The notes under the pieces are model-generated. The model saw only the letters and a list, made by a program, of their open reading frames with translations, did not search any database and had not been told where the DNA came from. From Haliotis rufescens (Eukaryota), in NCBI RefSeq assembly GCF_023055435.1, contig NW_025963835.1:4464001-4528000 (forward strand): a stretch of 64,000 nt of DNA. Direction: 5' to 3'. Each line of letters opens with the position of its first letter. Position 1 is the first letter of the stretch. Shown here piece after piece: positions 1 through 12,550 of the stretch. The position numbers were made by a program, and so were the translations under genes.

Positions 1-258
1 TATTTCATATCATGGTATACTGTTGAAAGATTTCACATATTCAGCCAATCAGATGGCCTGTTACTTGCATGTTTGAAAAACACTTGCCCAATGCCGTCAA
101 TAACAAAAGGACTCTTTCTTTATCATGCTCATGCCTTCACTAAATTAAAAAAATTAATTGCAATTCTGTATGTTCTTGTGTGAGGATGTCCGAAAACACA
201 AAAATACTCCATGTTTCTGTACAAGACGATGATTCAATGCTGTAACAAAGCACCTTAC

Positions 259-2232
259 CCCGGACAAGAGCATCAGGGGCCAAGTCGGAGCCAACTCCTT
301 GGGTGAGGATCTTCTTCATCACACCCCCATCTCCGGTCACGTCGTGCATGTTTCTGCCCATCCGGACAAACAATGATTCAGACTCATCCGAATCAAATTC
401 CCCTTCAGGAAAGACATTTTGTAACACATCCTCAGGATCAAAGTAATCATTGTCTAATAGGAGGTCTTGATTTCTTTCTGAAAGAAAATAAGAGTGTGTA
501 AACAAATACGTGATACTTAAAACAACACTGACTTTCAAATACTTTCACCATATATTGTATGAAAGACATGCAACTGAAAGCAAAAGTTAACAAGGCAATT
601 ATTTACCTAAATAAATGGTACCGTATTCAACGTAATAAGTGCACTCTAATAAGCGCCCATGGCGATATTTGCTAAGATATTGGCTAGTGAACAATCCCAA
701 TTAGCAACCCTTCCGATTGATCAATGTACACAAGACTTATTTATTCGTGTATAATACACACCCATGTGTTATATGCACCCTTAATTACAGGCAATTAAAT
801 TCTGTAAAATACATCTGTCATATATAAACATTTCAGGCTGTCAGCATAAACCACAACATTCACAATCTGTCAACTCTGTTTTTTTTCCACCAAAATAATA
901 TTCTAATAGTACCAACAGCCCCCTATTCATAATTTTTGAGAGCGCCCTAGGCACTTATTACGTGGAATATGGTATATCACGAACTGTTCCGTCTGAAGTA
1001 ATGACAGTCCTTCCACATGTAAATAAGTAGCTATCGCCTTCTGTCACAGCAATCGACTGTTCTACCACAAACCATGGCAATCAAGACTCTGCATACATAC
1101 ATGTACAGGTCAGTCTCAGTGAATGAGGTTAAAGGGTTAAAATTTAACGTCGCATGGGCATTGCATCAGCAATAAAGTAACTCGTGTGATTGAGTGCACT
1201 GAAACAAAATGGTGTCACATAATCATGGCAATATATCTCTCAATTTCCATTCCAAGACACTTAGGCCATCCTTGGCAGAAGCTCCTATCTGTACCATAAC
1301 TCCAGAAATAAAGATATCTTAAACCCCCCCCCCCCCCCCCAAAAAAAAACAACAACAAAAATACAAACAACATGATGCATAATTTATCTTAAACATGTTG
1401 ACTGACTGACTGAGTTCGGTTTAACGCCGCTTTTAACATTATTCCAGTTATATCACGGCGTGACAGCTAAATGTGGGAGGAAAGCCCGAAGTCATGCAGG
1501 TCTAAGAGGTTTACCACTTCGGTGAAACCCACGAGCACAAACCTAGAAACATAATTGGGGCGAACCGGGATTCGAACCCACAATCATAGGTTTCTGGAGT
1601 GCCCAAGCACAGCAAGCACAGCAAATCGCGGCGCCTTAGACGACTGGGCCACCCGTGCCCCCTTAAACATGTTGAAGTTAGTGAGTCAGTTGGTTAACTC
1701 CACTTTGAACAGTATTTCGGTTCTCACCAGCTCATGGCATGTCAGCTTCATGTTTCAGGAAAGCCAAAGTGATGCTTTGTTTGTCTGTCATTTAATAGTG
1801 CAATCAGCAATATCCCAGCTATATGAAGGCAGTCTGTAAATACACATGTCTGGACAAGACAATCCAGTGATTGATGACTTAAGCGTGAGTCCCAAAATAA
1901 TTTGGTTCATTTAGTAGTCTGAGCTTATCATAGTATACACAAGAACACTACAATCTACTGGTGTGAGATGGGTGTAGTGCTGACAAACCACACATTATAA
2001 CCTGGGCCAGTCTGGGATGCTAGCATGCCTAAGGGACGCAACTCTGCACAGCGTATTGCCTTAGATGACAAATATCAACCATGCCCCCACATTAGCATGA
2101 TTAGCTATGAACTGCTGATAAACAACAAGGATGGTTCATACCTTGTTCCTGGTCCTCAGCCAAGGAAAGGATTACTTCTTTACTTTGTCGGAGGTCATTC
2201 AGGTCGATACCTTCTTCCAGACGAACCGCCAT
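259..2232 (-). CDS. FKBP6: FKBP6/shutdown-like inactive PPIase, first two coding exons (2232-2142, 477-259); gene continues beyond the left edge
   Basis: Exon 2241-2142 (ttttgttcag|...CAAG|gtatga) encodes MAVRLEEGIDLNDLRQSKEVILSLAEDQEQ. It joins in phase 1 to exon 477-259 (ttctttcag|...CGGG|gtaagg), encoding ERNQDLLL...SLFVRMGRNMHDVTGDGGVMKKILTQGVGSDLAPDALVR. This closely resembles the start of the FKBP6 FKBP domain as I recall it (SLYERLSQRMLDISGDRGVLKDVIREGAGDLVAPDASV). Confidence 0.82.
1402..1661 (-). mobile_element. tRNA-derived SINE, family C
   Basis: Head GGGGCACGGGTGGCCCAGTCGTCTAAGGCGCC, B box GGTTCGAATCC, shared tail; 14-bp TSD cttaaacatgttga. Confidence 0.85.
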
Positions 2233-3059
2233 GTCGTCAGCCTGAACAAAACAATGACAACAACTAAACAGACTGACGTGCCATGATCATAGCTTATGAC
2301 TCAGAAAGTTGTATCTGACGCGATCAAAGTAGAAATATAGCAACATAATTTCTCCCTTGCATCAGTCGTGATGAGGATCATTCAGTCTGTCAAGAACTTA
2401 ATTAACTGTACAATCCTATTAATATTTGAAATGGACACATCCCTTGAAAATATATGACATATCAGCTTTGTCTAATGCTGGATAACCCAGTGTCCAAAAA
2501 TAGAACAGCTTTACTGGAAAGCTCTCAGCGGCAGCCAATCAGAATGTTTTTCCATGACATAATGACCAAATTTACATTGACCGTGTTGAGAAAATCTAGC
2601 TATGATTTTAAATTTTAAAAGGAAACATCATCATGATCATAGATTTCACTAAAAACGATTCATAATACACCAAAGTGAGAGTCAACAGGCCGACCGCCTA
2701 CCACCTAAATACATGTACATCGACATTTGCAAATCAATTAATTTGTTTATTGTTGTTGATTATGTTTTGTGGATAAAATTAAAGACACATGTAAACATGG
2801 TAAAGACATGGTGATACTTTACTGTGTACAGTATCTAGTGAGCAAGTCACATGTGAAAGAGTTATAATATTATATAGGGCAATTGCTTTCATAGTCTACA
2901 TCAACCCACTAACATGACTAATAAAATAATAAATATTCGACAATACGATATAATTAGATAAAAACTGCATAGATAGTAGATAAAAACCTAAAACATGATT
3001 TAAAAGCAGGATTAACATGATTAATAGAAGAAGATAATATTGTTTGACACAGGATCAGG

Positions 3060-3567
3060 AGAGGGTTGCATCTGTTGCGAGATGAAGTTATTTGATAAAT
3101 GTTTGTTTGTTGTTTAACTCAGCAATATTCCAGCTATTAGACGGCGGTCTGTAAATAATTGAGTCTGGACCAGACTATCCAGTGATTGACATCATGAGCA
3201 TCGATCCACATGATTGGGATACGATGACATGCATCAACCAAGTCAGCGAGCCTGACCACCCGATCCTGTTAATCGCCTCTTACAACAAGGATAATCGCCT
3301 TTTATTGCAGGTATGGGTTGCTGAAGACCTATTCTACCCCGGATCTTCACGGGTCTGATAAACACCTCTTGGGTATTTATCGGACCACCTCCATGGTCTA
3401 GTGGTAGAGTCTGCCTGGAGAGAGGAATGGTTGCATCACTTGCAAGATGAAGTTAGTTGATAAACGCCTCCTGGGTATTTATCAGACTGCCTCCATGGTC
3501 TAGTGGTAGAGTCTGCCCTGAGAGTGGAATGGTTGCATCACTTGCAAGATGAAGTTAGTTGATAAAT
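3060..3567 (+). repeat. Tandem repeat, ~106-bp unit, containing a tRNA/SINE-head-like segment
   Basis: Unit ...gataaacgcctcctgggtatttatcagactgcctccatggtctagtggtagagtctgcc...ggttgcatcacttgcaagatgaagttagtt occurs twice in full plus partial copies; it resumes as gcctcct at 4776. Confidence 0.75.
3100..3355 (-). mobile_element. SINE-like retroposon, family B (no tRNA head)
   Basis: Starts GACCCGTGAAGATCC and ends in an (AAAC)n tail; TSD tgataaa; many homologous copies in the window. Confidence 0.85.
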
Positions 3568-4769
3568 GAGGGTCCTGATGGGGGGGGTCCCATAAGCAGT
3601 AAAATTTAGGGTACTTTTTCATTAAGCATTAATTTTGCTTCTTTTTCAATAAAATCGTCGCGAAAATGTTTTGGGGTCGCATATTTGTTTCACAAAAATG
3701 CCAAATGAATTTTTCAACAAATATCATGATATTATCACCAGGTTATTTTACCTACATTTTTCTACAAAATTCACCAATACCTTTGGGCAATATTTGATAT
3801 TCCTACACAAGCACATTTCATAAATAACTTTCATTTCAGGATGTTCTATTTCAGGGTGAAATTACAATATTTAGTTTATTAGATAAGGTATAATTTAACT
3901 TGCATTGTCTATTGTAACTAGTATATAGCTTAGGGCACAAATAACTGTACATTATAACAGGTTAACATACTATACACTGTAAATGTCTAATTAGCCTTAG
4001 GGATCACTGAATTATCTATTGTTTTAATTCAGCAGGTATCCCTCATTGGGGCCATTATTACAAAGGGTGGAACTAGTGTCATTGATATAGTCTAGGAAAT
4101 ATGTCAAATTTCTCTTTGTGTCCCTATTGTACCGTAGAATTTTTAATCCAAACTTTATTGGCCCGATACAATCGCACATTTCCTGCAATCCAGTGAAGGA
4201 TTGTACATGTTTCTTAAACTTATCAAAGAGTGTGTGTGCCTCGGGATCAAGAGGAAGCCTAGCCGTGCACTGTTCCAGCTTTTCACCGTCTTTGACAAAG
4301 CTCAACACACAGTTGATTATTTCCAAATTCACCTCCATTGCTGTCAATCTGTAATCCTTCAACCGCGGGAAAAGCGGTCAAGTTGAATCTTAATTTGGAA
4401 TTTTGATGCGAAACGATTCCTAAATCGACAATGGCGGGATATGGGACTTTTAATTCTGCTTTCGTTGCATCCTGACAATTCATATTTTTAATGCCGGGTA
4501 AAATCTCAAATCGCTAAACATTCTAGACTGGTCCCCTGCGTCAGTGGCGCAGCCTGCTTTCTGTGGCGAAGCATTTGGGTCTTGAAGACAGACTGTTTTT
4601 GACCATTTTAATCATTTTACGATAAGCAGTAAATTATTTATTTACGTTAAACAGTTATTTTTTGGTATTTAACGTTAAGCATTTACGATAAAAAAATAAA
4701 TGAATTTTACGTTTACGATAGTGTTTGAAGGGTGTTTTACGTTAAGCATTAAAACCCATCAGGGCCCTC
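3568..4769. mobile_element. Unclassified TIR DNA transposon, ~1.2 kb, with a degenerate internal ORF (4024-4483, minus)
   Basis: TIR GAGGGTCCTGATGGG / CCCATCAGGGCCCTC flanked by ataaat on both sides (or a 4-bp taaa TSD if the termini are TG..CA). Repeated TAAGCA(G/T)TA motifs near both ends. Confidence 0.7.
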
Positions 4770-5031
4770 ATAAATGCCTCCTAGGAATGTACAGAATGAG
4801 TGTTTTCCCTTCACAAAGGCGCCCACATGGGTACAATGTGTGAAGCCCTTTGCTGGTGTCCCCTGCCATGATACAGCTGGAATATTGCTAAAAGTGAATG
4901 TAAAACCCAACTCACTCACAAAAGAGCCTGGCCACTCTAGTAGGGACTGCATGTTACACTGAGACCCAATATTTGAAGTCACAACTTAGCCATGTTAGCA
5001 TGCTTAGAATGTTGGTAAATAGAAGACGTAC

Positions 5032-5049
5032 CTCCAATTGCAGATCAGC
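5032..5049 (-). other. Putative 18-nt 5' microexon of the FKBP6-like gene
   Basis: Minus strand reads tattctctctcttttcag|GCTGATCTGCAATTGGAG|gtacgt: strong polypyrimidine acceptor and canonical donor. Confidence 0.5.
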
Positions 5050-8000
5050 CTGAAAAGAGAGAGAATATACGATGGCAGATGTGGTATGGAAGAGTTTCAT
5101 ATGCTGAATATCATAATGAAATACATTACACAGGAGTATAAAACAGTAAGTGCAGAGTTTTACCCATACTTACAAAAGTGGGGGTCCCGGTGACCCCCAA
5201 TAATTAACTTTAACATGTTTAAGGGTCCTTGTAGGAAATATGAGGGCCCTGTTAAGTAAAGAAATGATGTAGTTTTCTGCATGTTTTGATAATTACTTTA
5301 GAGCCTGGAATGAATCACTGCTCATGTGGACAGTGGCCATGATTGTTGGATGAAATGAGACGCCCATAATTCCTCAATTGGCTGTGGAGACGCAGCATAA
5401 TATTTTTCTGTATCAATTCTCTACATTTGCATGCACTGGATGCACACTTGTGCATCGCAAAAAACCCTTTAAGCATGTTAAATGTAAGTACCTCATAAAG
5501 TTAATACATGGTAAATTACTGGGGATGACAAGTAGCAAGGCTTATCCACAATAAGTCTAAAGACAATGCGGCTTTGGAATTTCTGTGAGTTTGAGTACAA
5601 ATTTGTAGTCACATGGCTTATTTTATCACTGTTTATATTTATCCTGTTAAATCACTGTACAAGATATACTAAAACATATGCATACACACAAGAAGAACTT
5701 AGGCATGTCAAGTCCATATATCATTTGTGATTGACATTTGTCTCTAAATTTTCTTTTGAAGAGGATTTTTGTATCCTGCTGACTTAACAAACTATTACTA
5801 AAGACCTGGCAAGACAAAAACTACACAATGAATTAATTAATTCTAAACAACCACCTAAACCAAGTTTGACACTTCAGTCTTTACCGTTCATGACAACACT
5901 TAAAGGGACAGTACGTCAACAGTTCTGTGTGATCATAAATCATGTATGAAATAATTTCAGAGTGTGAGGTCACATGCCCAATTCTGTACTCAAACCAAAA
6001 CGATTGTATCATTGAGCTATGCACCATGTGCACAGTGAAGCTGACAAAGCAAGCACCGTCCAGAGTAAACTGGCTTCTGTCTTGTTTATTGAATAGAAGC
6101 AAATAGAGGAGAAAGCTTGTGTGTTTTTCTTACTGCTGAGTTACAATATACTAATTGCCAGCCTGCTTAGACTAGAACGTAAGCCAGTGTTTATAAAAAG
6201 CCTAGATTACATGACTGATCTGAAGACAGAACTCTGATTCGTCTGAAGCCGCTCAGATCTGTGCCAAAACAGGCAGGTCTTTAAACTTATTACAAAGCAT
6301 AACGACGTTAGTGAGTCAGAAATAGTGAATTATCACTTTAATACTTATGCTTTCTCCATCTTACTATTGAAATTCCCTCTTTTAAGGTATTGCATTCTAC
6401 CATGCACAGCTCATAACAAGTGCATCATAAGCAGCTAGTGTTATCAACACCAGCTGTGATGCACATGCTCACCTAATCCTGGTGTAAATCTGACTGCTTC
6501 AAATACTTATATAATGGCTTACAGGTAATGTCAGTTTTACTGCTACGATAGAGATAACTAGTAAATACAAGATATGACCGAAACATTAATTAAATATGAA
6601 ACTAACACTCATTTTGTACGACGAAATATCCAACTTTCTCTTCTCTTGAAGCAGCCGCCTTGAATAACCGGAAGCTTGGATTATTAACAAAAAGATGGAT
6701 TCCACTAGATACATCTACAACGAACCACGATTCTTTGTATGTTTTGTTGTCTCTTTTAATGGATTTGACCTACATATTCTTCAATGAGATCAAACACAAA
6801 ATTTAAAGGAGTTTACTAATAGCTTCACCCTGGTCTGCGGAGAAGGATTTTATTTTTTATCAGAGGAAAGGCATCGATTGGCATTCTCGTTTTTAAAGCA
6901 TGGTCACACACATACACAACCTATATAAACAAGGTGGAAATCTGCCGCTACACATTCCATAATAATTCTTCACATAATTTCAAGTAACATTATGTCATGT
7001 ACATGCTTTACTTCATATCCTAGTCATCACATATATAAAATGTATTTTCATGGAGCTGTGGGCTTTTTGTTAAAACAGTTCTTACGAAAAACCAGCTTCA
7101 ATTATAAATGGTATCACCCAAAACAGATATATTCATGGGCTATATATGATTAAATGATGCCAGTACGACTAGAAGGCGTTTTGTTTGTTGTTCAAACTTG
7201 AAAAATAACTGGTGATAGTGATTCATAAACACGTGCTGAAGATTTAGTCGAAATCGGAATTTCTTATGAATATGGAAAAAGGGGTTTGTCGCTTTTATTA
7301 ATAATAAGTATTACCTTACAAGGGCTAATTTTAACATTAATTACGTTACAGTTATGAAGAAACTACCGACATAGATGGGGTGTGAAAGTTTCCAGACAAG
7401 TTTTTAAATGGCATTTAGAATTAAGTGATATACATAAGAGAGAGATCTTACGAATGTCAACTTCTTATTATGAGGAACGAAACGTTATATGCTTACTGCT
7501 TCATCAGGTGAATGAATGCTTGGATGATGACAGCATATATTTGTACATGTGAGAACAACAAAAGTAATAAGATAACAAAAGTGAAAACTTAACAAGGGAA
7601 GATAACAGTTAATTAGCACTGATTGGTGATTAGCGATAGCCAGGAGTTTAATAACCAATGGATTTGGAGGATTTTGATTCTAAAAATATATTATTTTTCT
7701 TTCTTTACTTTGTCTTAATTTCTCCTAACCATCAACAACGCTTTGCCAGTTGTTTGATCGTTCTTAGTTCGATTTCCCCCCATTCCTAGCTACTTTCCCT
7801 CACGCGGGTAAAGTATGAGGGTAAAGTATTCCTTTCTAATATAGACGGGTGCATTCCTCGCTCTTTCTTTCCCTTCCAGTTTTTTTTTAACCTATCCACG
7901 TTTTCAATGCGGGCGACGGTTGTTGCGCTATGTTTAAAAAAATTAAAGGGGCAGACTTTGGCTATACGTTTTGCTAATTGTACTGATACAACACACTGTC

Positions 8001-8109
8001 GGTTCATTCCCTACACTCTGTCTTTTAGTTTCTTATTTCCTATTCAACCTAAATGTACACTATAACTATAGCCAGCAAAACACAATTTTCTAATTCGGGT
8101 AGAACTTAC

Positions 8110-8450
8110 CTTGAGATGGTTACCCGTTTGAGACAGTTGTCAGTTCCTGGGGTGCTCCAGGCTGAACTTTTCGGCTTTCCAAATTCGGGCCTCGGTTCCA
8201 GAAAACAGTGTTATGATCACCTCCGGTTGTGACCGGATTCTTTGTTTGAACTTAACCTCCACGAGAAGAGCCAGAAGGAACAAATGTCTTGGAATTCATT
8301 ACGATGACTATTTATTCAAACGGCTTCCTTGATGCAGCGAACAGATACTTCACAAACGTACTGGAAGAAATCTGGGATCACAGCGACTTTTCCGACCTTA
8401 GCTTGTAGTGACACGAAAACAGTTCTCCCCGACTTTTGTCCCCCGCTTTA
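8110..8450 (-). other. Candidate non-coding first exon / promoter region of the FKBP6-like gene
   Basis: Consensus donor AAG|gtaagt at 8110/8109 in a locally CpG-richer region. All three frames ending at the donor contain stops. The 5' boundary is a guess. Confidence 0.35.
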
Positions 8451-8854
8451 GATCTCCAATATATCCCACACCTGTGCATTTCCGTGATTCATCAACTAAA
8501 CTACTATCTAGTGACTTCTGCATGGCTCGGTTCTAGTTTCCCGCCTGGATATAATTTATCAAATCCGTGATTCATCAACTGAATTACTGTCTAGTGACGG
8601 CTATGTGGTTCGGACCTTGACCCCTTCTCTAACGCTATTTATTAAACGACATCTTTATAATCCCTCGTCAGTCAGACCAGTTGTGTTGTGTCAGGTGTGA
8701 CCTTCTATACACAGCCCCGAGATCTACCTACACACTTGCAAGTCCACTGTTTCTTGTCTCTAATTCCAGAAAACCAATTAATCCAGGGTGATTGGCTGCT
8801 ATCTGCGCCCACACTAACACACATTTGACACAGTTGTTTACATTCATTTAAATA

Positions 8855-9116
8855 GGACTGCCTCCGTGGTTTAGTGGATAGAGCGTCAGTCCGGAGTGCG
8901 GACGATCATGGGTTCGATCCCCGGTGGCGTCATACGTTAAAGATGGTACTTGTTTATACTCTGCCTGGTGCTCGGCATTAAGGGGCTAAAACAAGGACTG
9001 GTCGGCTCGGAGTTAGTATATTGTTTCTGAGTTGGGTATTCATGTTTAAACTGCAGCTTGGTATCTGAGTGGGCTAGCACTGTAAAATTGGCATTAGTCC
9101 GGCCTAGTACAAGCAG

Positions 9117-9178
<62 letters not shown>
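8855..9178 (+). mobile_element. tRNA-derived SINE, family D, with a Meta/RUDI-like body and (AC)n tail
   Basis: A box gtggtttagtgg, B box ggttcgatcc. Body gcattaaggggctaaaacaaggactggtcggctcggag...gctagcactgtaaaa resembles the MetaSINE core (from memory). About 30 AC repeats at 9119-9178. Confidence 0.65.
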
Positions 9179-9180
<2 letters not shown>

Positions 9181-9227
9181 ATCGCAGTGCAATAACTTTA
9201 CACCTCACCTCATCTCATCATATTTAA

Positions 9228-9380
9228 GGGGCGGTCGGGTAGCCTAGTGGTTAAAGCGTTCGCCCGTCACGCCGAAGACCCGGGTTCGATTCCCGACATG
9301 GGTACAATGTGTGAAGCCAATTTAAGGCGTCCCCCGCCGGAATATTGCTAAAAGCGGCGTAAAACCATACTCACTCACTC
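9228..9380 (+). mobile_element. tRNA-derived SINE, family A
   Basis: A box tagcctagtgg, B box ggttcgattcc, Asp-like GTC loop, tail ggaatattgctaaaagcggcgtaaaaccat(actc)n; near-TSD catcatatttaa/catcgtatttaa. Confidence 0.85.
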
Positions 9381-9804
9381 ATCGTATTTAACAATAGTTT
9401 AAACATACTAATATATTTCATATAGAATCAGGTCACTTTTAATTCCACTTAATTAGTACGTCCTAATTATTTACATCTAACCCGGAGTGCAACTTACACT
9501 TATTACAAAACTGGAAAGGTTGGGAGGATATGTTGTTGTAGAAATGACAAATCAATAAAAATGCGACCAGGTAGCAACTTGGAATTAATATCTTATATGA
9601 GTCATGAGAATGGAGCAAATGTCGTGTCTTCATATGGTTAAAATCAAACCTGTTTATCGAACAGTTATACAATTTGACTATTTGATGGTAAATACTTTAT
9701 TCAAACAAACAACCCAGATGTGAGTATTGAACCTTACTTATTTCTTGCATTATATTGCCACACGACCCCGAACATTTGGTGAACATTTTGTCAACTGTAC
9801 CTAA

Positions 9805-10081
9805 AGTGAGTGATTTGGGTTTAACGCCGCTTTTAACAGTATACGAGTTTTATCACGGCGTGTCAGCTTAATGTGGGAGCAAAGCCCGAAGTGATGCAGG
9901 TGTCAGACGTTTACCACTTCGGTGAAACCCACGAGCACGGGTATGGTGCTGACACACCTAGAAACATAATCGGGGCGAACCGTGATTCGAACCCACAATC
10001 CTAGGTTTCTGGCGTGCCCAAGGGACGCAACTCTGCACAGCGAATCGCGGCGCTTAAGACAACTGGGCCACCCGTGCCCCC
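9805..10081 (-). mobile_element. SINE family C
   Basis: Full-length match to the copies at 19110, 35503 and 55260. Confidence 0.85.
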
Positions 10082-11274
10082 ACCTTAAGAAAGTCATCGA
10101 GTTGTCTTGTGACAGAGAGGACAATAGACGTGATGGAGGAGACATTGAGTAATTGTATGCATTATATTGCATGACTAAATAGAGCTAGAAATAAACAAAA
10201 TGATACTCGAGATATTTACACAAATGTATTATTGCTTACTTACATGATCAAAATAAAAGTGACAAAACATTTCTATTATCATAAGACATCTCGGCAAAAA
10301 GCAGGGTCTATTGTACAATTCCGTTTTAATCACTACCAAATAGTGCTGATATCTAGTGTACCCATCTTCCCGCGGCAAGGGAGGTAACTGACTATAAAAG
10401 TCTACTTTCTGTTAACTCCCTTGCCTCGGGAAGGTTGGTGTCCGTGAAGCACTGTATTTCAAGCCTATTTCTAGCTGCAGGATTAGGTAATGGCGAGACT
10501 GGTATTGGAAATCAATGGGTACATTATATTCTTTCATTTTAGAAACTGAACCAACAAAATTCGATTGCGTTTGATCATGTTGATGTCGGCATGAAAATCA
10601 TTAGTGCTTGGTATCGGTTAATCAGGATAATGGACTAAACACATATGATGGCACCAATGCTGTTAACAGTGATGCGTGATAACAATTCCTTTCCTGTCAG
10701 GGTATGACATTGACAGCATTAGTGATCACATCTGAGCACTGTTTGCATTACTCTCATCAAGTTAGACTGATAAAATGTTAACATTTACTTGCTGTTATTT
10801 AGCGCTTTGGTTTTAGACGTAGTTTAATGATTTAACCGAGCCTCACTGGTCGCTATTGGACTCCGGATCCCGTTAATGCGTCACTCAGTCAAAAAGTAAA
10901 TTTCAATTACACATAAAATACAAATGCTTAATCATTGACATCAATGTTCGTTTGTCCAACTTCACATTTGGGTATTTACCATTGCTATGTAAGGTCTGTC
11001 TCAACAACCATCACCCAAGATATCGTAATGCTAATTTCCTGAGCAAAATCCCCGCAGTTGAAACAGGAAATGTTGTAATAATGTATTGATAATTCTAAAA
11101 CATTTTGGTTCCACGTTAAGAGGCCTTAAACCAAACCAAGATTTTAAAAGTGATTTTGATATTCAAGATTAGGATGAGCATTTCCAAAATTATTTCAGTT
11201 TTCAGTTCCATTCAGCAAAAAAAGATATTTGTGACTTAGGGATTGGGGCTTATTCTTTTTTACTTCGTCTGTCT

Positions 11275-11376
11275 GTTTGTTGTTTAACGCCGCACTCAGC
11301 AATATTCCAGCTATATGACGGCCCATGTTTTCTGTTTGAGAGAGCCATTAGTATGTTTTTGTCGACAACCGGTGTG

Positions 11377-11432
<56 letters not shown>

Positions 11433-11833
11433 TGTGTATGTGTCCGGTGAAAATATAATTCAGTTATTGTATTATCTTATGGACCAAATCGTCTCATTTC
11501 GGTAGATTCTAAATACGTATGGACAGCCACTTTGCAAAAATAATTTAGACATTCTAAGTAAAACACAAACACATATCTTAGACAATGTTTGAAGTATGTT
11601 CATGACATCATTATACACAAACTTTGCAGCCAAGCCTAGACCGCCCGCTTTCACCTTGGATTCATCGCATTCGCCTTGGATTAATTGTAAATAATCGAGT
11701 CTGGACCAGACAACCCAGTGATTGTCATCATGAGCATCGATCCACGCAATTAGGATACGATGACATGCATCAACCACGTCAGCGAGCCTGACCACCCGAT
11801 CTCGTTAGTCGCCACTTACGACAAGCATAGTCA
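11275..11833 (-). mobile_element. SINE family B split by a ~365-bp insertion (11321-11685)
   Basis: The tail portion stops at ...gacggc (11321) and the consensus resumes at tgtaaataatcgag (11686). The insert carries (TG)n(CGTG)n and two units of the 20-bp minisatellite. Confidence 0.7.
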
Positions 11834-12015
11834 CCATAAAGGAAAGTATTGACTTAGGTGTGTTCAAGCTGTTTAATACTGATACACCTTTCTTTTAAAT
11901 GTAAAACAATTAGAGACGTCTCTTAGGTGGTTTTATAGCTGAAATCTAACAAAATATTTTCTTCCATATTCACATGCCTTGCTTCATCGCATTGTGGGTT
12001 AGGTAGGACCGATCC

Positions 12016-12171
12016 TATACATAGCCACCAAAGAAGGTACCGTGTCTCGGGTTTGCATGTGCAAGTGCCTTGGTATTGTCCATGAGGTATATGTCATCAG
12101 TGTCCTCCTTGTGAATGTGCAAGAGCATGATGTTGTTAAAACGTTGCTTGGTCATGGTACTTCTTAGGTGC
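12016..12171 (-). mobile_element. hAT transposase C-terminal dimerisation-domain remnant
   Basis: Minus strand translates HLRSTMTKQRFNNIMLLHIHKEDTDDIYL...RHGTFFGGYV*, matching the hAT pattern LRSTM.Q.RLN.LM.LH.HK. Confidence 0.7.
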
Positions 12172-12550
12172 TTATTTTATGGATGAGCTGGAGACCGCGT
12201 CTTTGTGGAATAAAATCCAGGTGATCAAAATGTTCCCCCGTGATACAACTGTTCAGGATTCGAAAACACGTGCAAATCGTGAGAGAACAGTTTACACATT
12301 CAATTTTATTTCAATTTATAATGTAACTTTGTTTAAAGGGCCAGTAAACACAACATGGGAACTCAGCAGATTTAAAACTTTATGGCATGCTTAATCACAA
12401 ACGCCTGACCAAAATCAAATTGGAAAAATGGTAGCAGATGATTAAAAAAACGTCGCCCAAACGAAACTATCCGTCGCAGGGGTTAAAACAGGTTCCCGGG
12501 GTTTGTCGCGCTGCGCAATTTCAACGATCGGCCGGCGCCTAGTCTGCCCG

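Noticed and set aside
3315-3355. CTGAAGA in the antisense strand of family B as a hammerhead core
   Set aside because: No GAAA follows the putative stem II.
9228-9300. tRNA-Asp-like and tRNA-Leu-like genes
   Set aside because: No proper acceptor stem or T-run terminator; they continue into SINE bodies with tails and TSDs.
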